Shown in pieces: positions 1 through 8,721 of a stretch of DNA of 64,000 nucleotides. The translations under genes and the position numbers were made by a program. The first letter of the stretch is position 1. Each line of letters starts with the position of its first letter. Source of the DNA: Flagellimonas sp. (GTDB lineage: Bacteria > Bacteroidota > Bacteroidia > Flavobacteriales > Flavobacteriaceae); assembly GCF_965212575.1 (NCBI RefSeq), contig NZ_OZ243113.1, positions 1,115,662-1,179,661 on the forward strand, read 5' to 3'. A model generated the notes under the pieces. The model saw only the letters and a list, made by a program, of their open reading frames with translations. It had not been told where the DNA came from and searched no databases.

Positions 1-1009
1 TTGGTATTTGCAAAATACGGTCGCATTTAGAAAACGCCAACCCTGATCTAAATTTGTTGTATTGGTCATAATTGGATTCATTTTCCAACCAAGCTAGATA
101 AATTGCAGGGGTGTTGACCCCGGCTTCGTGTGAAAAGGGATAACCTCCTCCAAAACGGGGGTTCATTTCCAAAAAGTAGACCTCACCATCGACCACAAAG
201 AAATCGCAATCCATGTTGCCAACATGTTTTGTCGCTTTAGCAATTTTTTCGGCAACCATATTATACTTTTGGTTAACAATGGAAATGGCCTTGTCCGTTT
301 CTCCAGAACGCATCCCCAATTTTTTACGAACAAACGAGCCATAGTATTCTCCATCAAAATTGTTCAAAATATCAATGCCATATTCCTCACCGTTAAGTTT
401 TTCTTGTATCATTATGCAATTTTCGGCATCTGAAGAGCTTACTGTTCCAAGAATTGACCTGCTTACCTTTAGGTGTTGTAATTTATAGGAAAGCTCAAGT
501 TCCTCAACGGATTTAACAATGTCAATGCTTATTGAAGCACTTCCCCAACGCGGTTTTACCACAAGTGGAAAATGTAATTCATTGTTTTTAAGTGCTTCTT
601 TGGCAGAAGCGATATTTATGTAGGTAAGCGGGGTTTTAATGCTATTTTCTTTAAAGAAGTGATAGGATTTCCATTTGTCAAAGCAGATATCAATCACATT
701 TTGGGATGAAATCAAAATCCGTGCTCCAGATTTTTCCAATTGTTCCTTGTTCTTTGCTAAAATGGGCAGCTCAAGGTCGTTAAGAGATATAACGGCATCA
801 ATTTTTTCTTCGGTAATGACTTTTTCAATTGCCGAAATATAATTTTTATCATATATACTTGGTACTTTTTTTGCAACATCAGCATCAACTAAAGCCGGTG
901 CCGAAAGCTGCATATCCACGGCAACAACGGATCCTTTGCCATTTAAAGCCTCTTTAAAATAGTTTATTAGATAATTTCTGCGACCTGCACAGGTAAATAG
1001 AATATTCAT
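1..1009 (-). CDS. ATP-grasp family amide ligase (carbamoyl-phosphate-synthase-like fold); C-terminus lies beyond the left window edge
   Basis: Absent from the ORF track because there is no stop inside the window. My hand translation of the minus strand from ATG at 1009 stays open to position 2: MNILFTCAGRRNYLINYFKEAL...HFPLVVKPRWGSASISI...VYFLEMNPRFGGGYPFSHEAGVN... The KPR.G..S and E.NPR.GG blocks are typical of ATP-grasp ligases. Confidence 0.75.
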   Translation of the reverse strand, partial: MNILFTCAGRRNYLINYFKEALNGKGSVVAVDMQLSAPALVDADVAKKVPSIYDKNYISAIEKVITEEKIDAVISLNDLELPILAKNKEQLEKSGARILISSQNVIDICFDKWKSYHFFKENSIKTPLTYINIASAKEALKNNELHFPLVVKPRWGSASISIDIVKSVEELELSYKLQHLKVSRSILGTVSSSDAENCIMIQEKLNGEEYGIDILNNFDGEYYGSFVRKKLGMRSGETDKAISIVNQKYNMVAEKIAKATKHVGNMDCDFFVVDGEVYFLEMNPRFGGGYPFSHEAGVNTPAIYLAWLENESNYDQYNKFRSGLAFSKCDRILQIP

Positions 1010-1019
1010 TGCGTTAGGA

Positions 1020-2039
1020 TTAAGCTGTTTTCAATCTATATTTTGGGAAAAAATTGGACTCCGTGTTTTTTTGTTCTTCAGTAAGCATGTTTTCATAGGC
1101 CTTTGGCATAACCACAAACTTCCACACCTTGAACGCTGCATAATTTTTGGAAAACGAAGATTTGAACCTCATCAAAGACCCTTCCCTTCCTCCGGTTCCA
1201 CCGCCAAGATTTAGAAATTTCACATCATTTTTTTTATATCGTTTTCGGCATTCGTCAAACAAAAGTCGCAAAGGGCTGCTTTTAAAATACTTTTCCACTG
1301 TAAATGCAAGCTCTACATGAGCAATTTCCTTTGTTTCAATTAGCAATGCACCAGCCATTATTTCATTGGTTTCGCAATTAACTGCAAATAGTATATCTGT
1401 TGTAAAGAAATTGGAATTGAACAATGTGGTGAAATAGTTTTCATCAAAATAGAATAGCGATTTGGCTTTCAACCTATCCAAACTTCTATGGTAGTATTTA
1501 ATAAAAGCTTTCAAATCCTTTTTTAAATCCCCAACCCGTATGTAACTGTTCTTCCTTAACTTTTTAAGGACTTGTCTTGTGTTTCTGCTGTATGCTGTAC
1601 GTTGCTCTTCTTCATTCGAAGTTTGGTCAAAATAAACCAATTCCCCAACATTTTCGATTCGCCCCATGTTCTTTAATATAGCGTTCTGCATAGGGACATA
1701 TGGATTGAGTTTTGAAAAAATGGCAATTATTTTTTTACTTTCCAACAAATTTTTCAGCGCCTTCGAAAAATCTTTGTTTTCAAAATCATGATCTAGGTTT
1801 TTATGGACCGGCCCAAGATAGCCATGAACAGAAGTTAAGTCCTTATAACCATTCTCCAAGGTTCTTTCAATAACAGGAAGTCCAATTTGTGTAGTTCCTT
1901 GTTCGTAAGCTATCAGTAAAACCTTTTCATCAATATTACAGAGCAATTGGTGATAATCATAGGTATGATAAAAATCGAAATGGTCCATACTTGAAACCCA
2001 TTTGTCCCATTCACCTTTATGTTCAATTATTTTGATCAT
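1020..2039 (-). CDS. FemAB/FemX-like (GNAT-fold) aminoacyl/acyl transferase
   Basis: 339-aa ORF. The C-terminal LNLGGGTGGREGSLMRFKSSFS resembles the G..G(L)..FK..F signature of FemAB-type transferases. Its start overlaps the upstream stop by 4 nt (ATGA, 2036-2039). Call rests on motif and length only. Confidence 0.55.
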   Translation of the reverse strand: MIKIIEHKGEWDKWVSSMDHFDFYHTYDYHQLLCNIDEKVLLIAYEQGTTQIGLPVIERTLENGYKDLTSVHGYLGPVHKNLDHDFENKDFSKALKNLLESKKIIAIFSKLNPYVPMQNAILKNMGRIENVGELVYFDQTSNEEEQRTAYSRNTRQVLKKLRKNSYIRVGDLKKDLKAFIKYYHRSLDRLKAKSLFYFDENYFTTLFNSNFFTTDILFAVNCETNEIMAGALLIETKEIAHVELAFTVEKYFKSSPLRLLFDECRKRYKKNDVKFLNLGGGTGGREGSLMRFKSSFSKNYAAFKVWKFVVMPKAYENMLTEEQKNTESNFFPKYRLKTA

Positions 2040-2908
2040 TTGGCCAAGTAATTAAATATCCCTCCCGTGTACCAAAACAACACCTGACCTTTGATATTGT
2101 TTTTCTTTACAGTTTCCAACATTCCATAAAAGGCTTTTGCGGTATATGTGGTATCAAGGGCAAAACCATAATTCATTAATGAATCATCGGCTATTTGTTT
2201 TATTTCTTCATTATATTTTTCATAACCACCACATAAAAAGGAATCATCAACTATGACTTTTGTCGATGTTCCGCTGATGTTATTTTTCTCGCATAATTGC
2301 TCATAAAACTCTTGTACGGTATTTTGGGCTTTTTTAGAAGTTCTGCCCACTGAAATCCCCACTACCTTAATGTCCAAACCCTTTTTGGTGATTCCAGCTA
2401 AAAGACCAGCATGAGTAGTCCCTGATCCTGAGGCCAAGAAAATATATTCCGGTGCATGGCCAGAATCTATTAACTTTTCCAGTTCGCTGATGTAACAGCT
2501 GCCCCCGTCGAATGTATGTCCTCCCCCATAGAGATAAAGCGGATTTAAACCACTTTCATTGTAGGCCTGCATCGCAAAATCCATTTTGCCCGATATTTCG
2601 CAGGGATTACAGAAAATTAGCGAAGCACCACTTTCTCTAATTATTTTGGCGTTACCCGATTCAATGAACATTCGTTCTCTATCGCCATGAAGTACCAAAG
2701 TGCATTTAAGGTTGTTCTTTTTTGAATAAAGAGCGGTTGCCCTACAGTGATTAGACTGAATGCCCCCGGTTGTAACAATGGCACTATAGTTCTCATCTTT
2801 TATTCTTGAATCCAAAGCCATCATTTTTCTAGCTTTATTGCCTCCACCCAAATACGGATACATATCATCACGAAAGACAGATATCTGATTAGTTATTCTT
2901 TGTATCAA
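2036..2908 (-). CDS. Fold-type II PLP enzyme, D-cysteine desulfhydrase / ACC deaminase family
   Basis: 290 aa. FRDDMYPYLGGGNKARKM (PLP-lysine motif) and GGIQSNHCRATAL match the DcyD/ACC-deaminase family. It looks shorter at the N-terminus than canonical DcyD. It overlaps the upstream sugar transferase gene by 20 nt. Confidence 0.7.
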   Translation of the reverse strand: MIQRITNQISVFRDDMYPYLGGGNKARKMMALDSRIKDENYSAIVTTGGIQSNHCRATALYSKKNNLKCTLVLHGDRERMFIESGNAKIIRESGASLIFCNPCEISGKMDFAMQAYNESGLNPLYLYGGGHTFDGGSCYISELEKLIDSGHAPEYIFLASGSGTTHAGLLAGITKKGLDIKVVGISVGRTSKKAQNTVQEFYEQLCEKNNISGTSTKVIVDDSFLCGGYEKYNEEIKQIADDSLMNYGFALDTTYTAKAFYGMLETVKKNNIKGQVLFWYTGGIFNYLAK

Positions 2909-3578
2909 AAGTGTCGGTTTTAATTGATGTTTTTTGGTTGGTTCGGTAAGTGTCTAGAGCATCCATTGTTAGATCTACAACAATTTCATCTTCCGAGGTA
3001 TGGAAGATTTTTTTGACCGTTTTCAAGAGAATAGCTACATCTAACCAGAAAGTAAGTCTGTTTACATATTCAATGTCCAGAGCTAATTTTTGATCCCAGT
3101 TCAATTTATTCCTTCCTGAGACTTGTGCCAATCCTGTAATTCCTGGCTTAACGGTATGCCTTATTTTTTCTTCCTGTGTATAATAGGGGAGATATCGTAC
3201 TCGCAATGGTCTAGGACCTACCAAACTCATGTCTCCCTTAATTACATTTATAAGTTGTGGTATTTCATCTAAAGAACTTTTTCTTAGAAAATTTCCAATG
3301 GGTGTTAGCCTATCAGCATCGGGAAGTAAACTTCCGGAAGCATTGGTTGCATCACTCATAGACTTGAATTTAATAATCTCAAATATTTCCTCATTTTTTC
3401 CAGGTCTTTTTTGGAAGTAAAAAGGTTGTTTTTTATTTGTGAACCATAAGATTATATAGATTATGATGAAAACTGGAGACAAGATAAGCAAGCCAATTAG
3501 GGATGAAATAAAGTCAATTATCCGTTTAATTAAGTTTCCGTACATATTGAGGTTTGTATGGTTATAAGTGTATTCCAA
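2889..3578 (-). CDS. Priming phosphoglycosyl transferase (bacterial sugar transferase, PglC / WbaP-C-terminal type)
   Basis: 229 aa. One N-terminal hydrophobic helix (LLILSPVFIIIYIILWF), then the KFKSM and LDEIPQLINVIKGDMSLVGPRPL motifs of the bacterial sugar transferase family. Confidence 0.85.
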   Translation of the reverse strand: MEYTYNHTNLNMYGNLIKRIIDFISSLIGLLILSPVFIIIYIILWFTNKKQPFYFQKRPGKNEEIFEIIKFKSMSDATNASGSLLPDADRLTPIGNFLRKSSLDEIPQLINVIKGDMSLVGPRPLRVRYLPYYTQEEKIRHTVKPGITGLAQVSGRNKLNWDQKLALDIEYVNRLTFWLDVAILLKTVKKIFHTSEDEIVVDLTMDALDTYRTNQKTSIKTDTFDTKNN

Positions 3579-3633
3579 AAGTACTTTATCATAACAGAGA
3601 AGTAATCATAATATTATAAGAATATTATTGGTT

Positions 3634-4938
3634 TTAAAGATTTGGTTCCTGATAATATTTGTTTAATGTCAACTTTCTTTTTCCAGAGGACAACCTTGGT
3701 ATTTCATCCACATATTCAAAATAGATGTTGGCCTCATCACCAAGGTATTTTTTTAATAAGGTTTTGGCCTTTTCCTCCTTGTGAAATATGCCTTCAATGT
3801 TGAGCAGAACTTTATAATCTTTTTTACCTTCTTGAATTACTTGAAATTGTTTGAGTTGGGGAAAATGTTCAAACTCATAAGCCAAATACGGTGATATTCT
3901 ATTTCCAGAGGAATCAAAAAGAACGTCCATTTTCCTTCCTTCAATTTGAGTTAAAACAGGAGCACTGCTAAACCGATTTTCGCAGATATCCATAATTCCT
4001 AAATCTCCGGTATCGTATCTTATCATTGGCATGCAATAGTTGAACAAATCGGTAATTACAATGCGCCCAAGTTGTCCGTTTTTCACTGGTTTATCACTAT
4101 CAATTTCCAGAATTTCCACATGATAGCTCGCCCAATTGATATAGAAATTGTCTCCGAGACCAGGTAATTGTTGGGCAATAATTCCGTTTTCGGCATTGCT
4201 ATACCTTGAAATGACATTGGTATTGAAAAAGCTCTCCAAGTCATTCTTGGTTTTTGGACTCAATGCCTCTGCAATTGCAATTATTGAAGATACTTTGGTG
4301 CCTAACTTGTCTTTTTTTCTTGTTAAATAATCACATAAGTCTTTGTAGGCGGAAGAATAGCCAATTAAAGAAATGGCCGCATTACTTTTCGAAAGTTTAT
4401 TTGTAAGGCTGTCTAAATGGCCATCTGTTAATTTTGAGACATCAATTGGAATGACATTCTGGATCCATTTAGTTATTGGGTTTTTGGAATTCGTTTTATC
4501 CCATTTCCTAAAATAGTACAACGGCTGCCCCAAAACATATCCACCTTTCTTTCCAAAATATAATGTATCTGCCGTATTTCGTTCTTTTTTTTTCCGATCT
4601 TGAACCACCTGAAAAGGAGTGCCTGTAGAGCCACTTGTCTGAACCTGGTATGTAGGTTCTTGGAAACCTGCGTTGGCTTGAAAATTTTTAAAATGCTTCC
4701 GTAATTTTATTTTATCAATTATCGGGAAATCGTTTAGAGAAGTGTGATCACTGAAATCTGAATAGAAAATTGTGTTAGTTGTTGAATGATCCAAAATGTT
4801 TTTAAGAATTTGTTCTCTGCGAGCTAATGAGTCTTCACTGTCGAACTTTTCTAAAATGGATTGGATATCATCAAAGTGGCTTTTTACATTGCCTCCCCTT
4901 AACTTGTCAAATAGCCAAAATGCCCTATCTCTGATCAT
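3634..4938 (-). CDS. CapK / PaaK-like adenylate-forming enzyme (phenylacetate-CoA ligase / F390 synthetase family), paralogue 2
   Basis: 434 aa. Has the TSGSTGTPF adenylation P-loop, IRYDTGDL and a C-terminal LSSGKRKL. Collinear with the ORF at 5984-7297. Confidence 0.7.
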   Translation of the reverse strand: MIRDRAFWLFDKLRGGNVKSHFDDIQSILEKFDSEDSLARREQILKNILDHSTTNTIFYSDFSDHTSLNDFPIIDKIKLRKHFKNFQANAGFQEPTYQVQTSGSTGTPFQVVQDRKKKERNTADTLYFGKKGGYVLGQPLYYFRKWDKTNSKNPITKWIQNVIPIDVSKLTDGHLDSLTNKLSKSNAAISLIGYSSAYKDLCDYLTRKKDKLGTKVSSIIAIAEALSPKTKNDLESFFNTNVISRYSNAENGIIAQQLPGLGDNFYINWASYHVEILEIDSDKPVKNGQLGRIVITDLFNYCMPMIRYDTGDLGIMDICENRFSSAPVLTQIEGRKMDVLFDSSGNRISPYLAYEFEHFPQLKQFQVIQEGKKDYKVLLNIEGIFHKEEKAKTLLKKYLGDEANIYFEYVDEIPRLSSGKRKLTLNKYYQEPNL

Positions 4939-5005
4939 TTTTGTTTAAGTTTTTATAACACCATTGGGCGTAAAACGGGGAAGCTTTTAAAAAATATTTG
5001 GTTGG

Positions 5006-5959
5006 TTACAAAACCATTTTGGTATCAATTCTCAGTTTTTCTAACATAATTTCAGTCATATCCATCAAGTTATGGTTAGGTTTCCAGCCCCAGTCCTGTC
5101 TAGCTCTAGAATCGTCGATTGTTTTTGGCCAACTGTCAGCTATTTTTTGGCGAAAATCCGGTTCATATTTTATTTGAAAATCTGGGTAGACAACTTTAAT
5201 TGAATGGGCAATTTCTTCAGGAGAAAAACTGATACCAGCCAAATTATAGGCCGATCGTACCCTAATATCGGATGAATCAGCCTCCATAATTTCCATAGTT
5301 GCGCGAATAGCATCATCCATATAGATCATGGGCAATGTGGTGTCCCCTTTTAAGAAACATATAAAATTCTGGTGGTTAACGGCTTTATGATAAATATCCA
5401 CGGCATAATCCGTTGTACCACCTCCAGGAAGCGATTGATAACCGATAATTCCAGGGTACCTTAGAGATCTTATATCCGTTTTATACTTTTTATGGTAATA
5501 CTGCATAAGGCTCTCTGCTGCCACCTTGTTAACCCCATACATGGTTGACGGGTTAAGTGGGGCATTTTGTGGCGTATTGAAAGAAGGTGCATCCTCTCCA
5601 AATACGGCAATTGAACTTGGGAAAAATACTTTTCCAATGTTATGCTTTCTTGAAACTTCCAAAACATTTAACAAAGATCCCATATTCACATCCCAAGTTA
5701 CAACTGGATTTTCTTCTCCTTTGGCTGAAAGTATTGCTGCCAAATGATAAATTTGGGAGATGCCATATTTCTGGACAATCTTTTCTAAAGCAGAATAATC
5801 GGTGGCGTCCAAATGTTCGAAAGTACCATCGGTAAATATTGATTCGGTAATATCGGATGCAACCACAGAATTTGTCCCATATTTATATCTTAAAGCTTCG
5901 GTTAAGACACTTCCAATCTGCCCACAGGCTCCGGTTACTAAGATGTTGCTAATTTTCAT
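5006..5959 (-). CDS. Extended SDR resembling UDP-galactose-4-epimerase-like L-threonine 3-dehydrogenase
   Basis: 317 aa. Motifs seen: VTGACGQIG (NAD), MYGVNKVAAE (Y-x-x-x-K), PGGGTTDYAV and YEPDFRQKIADSWPKTIDDSRARQDWGWKP. I recognise this pattern from SDR-type threonine dehydrogenases. Confidence 0.65.
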   Translation of the reverse strand: MKISNILVTGACGQIGSVLTEALRYKYGTNSVVASDITESIFTDGTFEHLDATDYSALEKIVQKYGISQIYHLAAILSAKGEENPVVTWDVNMGSLLNVLEVSRKHNIGKVFFPSSIAVFGEDAPSFNTPQNAPLNPSTMYGVNKVAAESLMQYYHKKYKTDIRSLRYPGIIGYQSLPGGGTTDYAVDIYHKAVNHQNFICFLKGDTTLPMIYMDDAIRATMEIMEADSSDIRVRSAYNLAGISFSPEEIAHSIKVVYPDFQIKYEPDFRQKIADSWPKTIDDSRARQDWGWKPNHNLMDMTEIMLEKLRIDTKMVL

Positions 5960-5983
5960 TGTAAATAGGCTTATGGATTTTGT

Positions 5984-7297
5984 TCAATTAGTTGTTTCAT
6001 TTACGACAAGTTTCCTTTTTCCAGAGGACAACAAAGGGATTCCTTTCACGTATTCAATATTGATATCGGCATCTTGCCCCAAATATCCTTTGAATTCGTT
6101 TATTAATTCATCTTCTCTCGGAAATGTTTTCCATGGGTTTAATCGGAATACATATTCTTTATGCCCTTTTTGTGCAAATTGATACTGTTTTAATTCTGTA
6201 TACTTCCACATATTAACCGTTACTATATGAGAAGTAATTACATTGTTGTTGGTGTCTCTTATCAAATCAACTTTCCTACCTTCGATACTCTTTAACACAG
6301 GTGCGCCATTTTCTTTGGAATTCTCAGACATATAAGCTAAATCTCCAGTATCATATCGTATCAAGGGCATACAATAGTTGAAAAGATCGGTAACCACTAC
6401 TCTTCCCATTTTTCCTGGCTCTACTGGAACATCTTTGTCAGGATGAAGCAGTTCAATATAAAAACTGGCCCAATTTACGTGAAACTCATACCCGCCCAAA
6501 CAGCTCTGCTGAGCTAGCATACCACACTCCATGTTGGAGTATCTTGATACCACAGGGACTTCAAAATAATGTTCCATTCTATCTTTGGTATGGTTACTTA
6601 AGGCATCTGAGTTTGTGATGACCGAGGTAATATTGTAATTGTTGGGTTTAGCTTTGACCGAATCTAAATAATTGGCTATGACATCACAAGTAGAGGCAAA
6701 GCAAACCAACCCTTTTTTGGATATGTCCTTATCTAAATCTTTAATCAATTGTTTGATATCTTCATCCGTATAGTTAAAAATACTGTAGGGTCTAATGTTT
6801 TCCATCCATAATTTGAAAGGGGATTTCTTGTTGATGTCATTCCATACCTTCATATAAATCAACCGGGAACCTATTTCAAATCCACCTTTTTTAGCAAAGT
6901 ATATAATATCGGCATTATTTCTGCACCTTTTATTTTGATTGTGAAACAGCTTAAAGGGTGTCCCCGTGGAACCGCTGGTTACTACAGGAGTATTTTCAGC
7001 GTTCAAGAACTTATCGGACTTAAACTGATCATAATTATCTCTGACTGTTCCCTTATTGATCACTGGAAAATCTTCCAATTTTGCCCCCTTAGCATGCCTT
7101 GTATAAAAGGGGACAGTTTTAATGGCATGGTCTAAGGCTTTTTTTAGATGCGAATCTCTTCTTTTCTTGGATTCTTTGGACTGGAAATTCTCCAAAATAA
7201 AAGTGATATCATTGTAGTGTTTTCTTATTGGACTACCTTTGAAAAAATCCAAACACCAAAAACATAGTTTCCTAAATCTCTCCAACAGTGGTTTCAT
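5984..7297 (-). CDS. CapK / PaaK-like adenylate-forming enzyme, paralogue 1
   Basis: 437 aa. Has TSGSTGTPF, VVSRYSNMECGMLAQQ, TDLFNYCMPLIRYDTGDL and LSSGKRKL. Its start overlaps the upstream stop by 1 nt (TAATG at 7297). Confidence 0.7.
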   Translation of the reverse strand: MKPLLERFRKLCFWCLDFFKGSPIRKHYNDITFILENFQSKESKKRRDSHLKKALDHAIKTVPFYTRHAKGAKLEDFPVINKGTVRDNYDQFKSDKFLNAENTPVVTSGSTGTPFKLFHNQNKRCRNNADIIYFAKKGGFEIGSRLIYMKVWNDINKKSPFKLWMENIRPYSIFNYTDEDIKQLIKDLDKDISKKGLVCFASTCDVIANYLDSVKAKPNNYNITSVITNSDALSNHTKDRMEHYFEVPVVSRYSNMECGMLAQQSCLGGYEFHVNWASFYIELLHPDKDVPVEPGKMGRVVVTDLFNYCMPLIRYDTGDLAYMSENSKENGAPVLKSIEGRKVDLIRDTNNNVITSHIVTVNMWKYTELKQYQFAQKGHKEYVFRLNPWKTFPREDELINEFKGYLGQDADINIEYVKGIPLLSSGKRKLVVNETTN

Positions 7298-8352
7298 TAT
7301 TGGTTTTTTATATTGGTTAGCATTTCTTTGAATAGAGGATGCTTCGCAAACCCTCCATACCCCATTTCACCGTAAAGAAGCCCAGGTTGGTCATTTCCCT
7401 CAATAATTATAGGGCCCAGAGGTGTTATAGCTATATCCCAACCTATTAATCTGTTTGGAATCTGTAAAGCCAGTTCTGAGCAAAGCACTTTTGCTTCATT
7501 CAAAAATGGGATTTTAAACCCTTCAAAGACAAATCCGGTGTCAGGATGTCTGTAATATACTTCACCTCCAAATTTCATGGATTGTGAACCCGCTTTGTCC
7601 AAGTGTTCGGTTTGTTGATTTATTTGGACGTAAAAACCTCCAGAGGACACATTATCCACATTGCTGCCTCCTGTTCCAAATCTCATAAAGTTTACCAAAA
7701 CATGTGGTTTGTGATCATTATCTATATAGGTATTTATACGAATTGTATTGACGGAGTTGGGATAGATTTCCTGTATTTTTGGATGTTGTACTACAGCTAT
7801 TTGATGTATAGTGGCCCCTTGTAATATGATATCTCCATATTTTTTGATTTTATCCGCAAGATTTTCAGGAGTTATCATGAAAATCTGTTTGCCCATACAT
7901 CCCGCCAGGGGTTTAATGAAAATTTTTGATTGACCGGTTTCTACAAATAAATCAGAGAAAAATACGATTAGGCCGTCCTTTGAATCTATTCTTGTCTTAT
8001 GTCCTTTTACAAAAAAAGTATTTTGCATATTGTAACTGAAAACTTCCGGTGTTGGTATCTGGTTTTCCTTACAGAATAACCAAAAAGAGAGCTTGTTTTC
8101 TAATAGGTATATATACTCCTCCTTATTGTGTATTGGAGCATGAATAATAGAAAAATACTCCTTCATAGTTAAAAAGTCTTGGGGTTTTTGAACTTCTTTT
8201 CGATATAAAAAACGTCCAAAATAATGTATTGGGAAGCTTTTCTTTAAAATCCATAATTCTAGAACTTCCTTGACCATTAGAAAAGGATTTTTTTTATCCT
8301 TATCTTTCAGAAACACGCTAATACGCTTAAGGTTATCGCTCAGTTGTCCCAT
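7297..8352 (-). CDS. Sugar-transfer-associated ATP-grasp / alpha-L-glutamate-ligase-related protein
   Basis: 351 aa; first gene of the minus-strand operon. The C-terminal half (NVSSGGFYVQI...HPDTG...IGWDIAITPLGPIIIEGNDQPGL) looks like the ATP-grasp family found next to sugar transferases. Call from motifs only. Confidence 0.6.
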   Translation of the reverse strand: MGQLSDNLKRISVFLKDKDKKNPFLMVKEVLELWILKKSFPIHYFGRFLYRKEVQKPQDFLTMKEYFSIIHAPIHNKEEYIYLLENKLSFWLFCKENQIPTPEVFSYNMQNTFFVKGHKTRIDSKDGLIVFFSDLFVETGQSKIFIKPLAGCMGKQIFMITPENLADKIKKYGDIILQGATIHQIAVVQHPKIQEIYPNSVNTIRINTYIDNDHKPHVLVNFMRFGTGGSNVDNVSSGGFYVQINQQTEHLDKAGSQSMKFGGEVYYRHPDTGFVFEGFKIPFLNEAKVLCSELALQIPNRLIGWDIAITPLGPIIIEGNDQPGLLYGEMGYGGFAKHPLFKEMLTNIKNQ

Positions 8353-8721
8353 AGGTAAAAAAGGGATGAAGGTTTTGGTTGTTATTATTGGTAAAACTAG
8401 ATCTATACGTTGTTATGGATAATTTTAATGGATTAACGTATTGATATTTTGGTTGTAGTGCTTTTCAAAAGGTAATCAATACCCTGTAATTGCACCAGAG
8501 GGGTTTTTATGTACGTCGTATTTATTTATACGTTTATATTCAAAGTTTTCGGAAGAGGATTTGTTTTTCTGGCTTTTTTTAGGAACAGGAAATTTGCAAA
8601 AAAATAATGCCAAGGGAATTATTTCTAAATTGCCTTTAGATAAAAATTTTAAGTATATAGAATTAAAATAGAGGGGATTATAAATCCTTTAGTTTTTAAA
8701 GAATGTTAAAATATGTGGCAG

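Noticed and set aside
8509-8607. 32-codon ORF (MYVVFIYTFIFKVFGRGFVFLAFFRNRKFAKK) in the divergent intergenic region; it looks like a small hydrophobic or toxin-like peptide.
   Set aside because: The region is T-rich, so Phe/Ile/Lys-rich short ORFs arise by chance. I could not identify a supporting promoter, conservation or partner element from the sequence alone.
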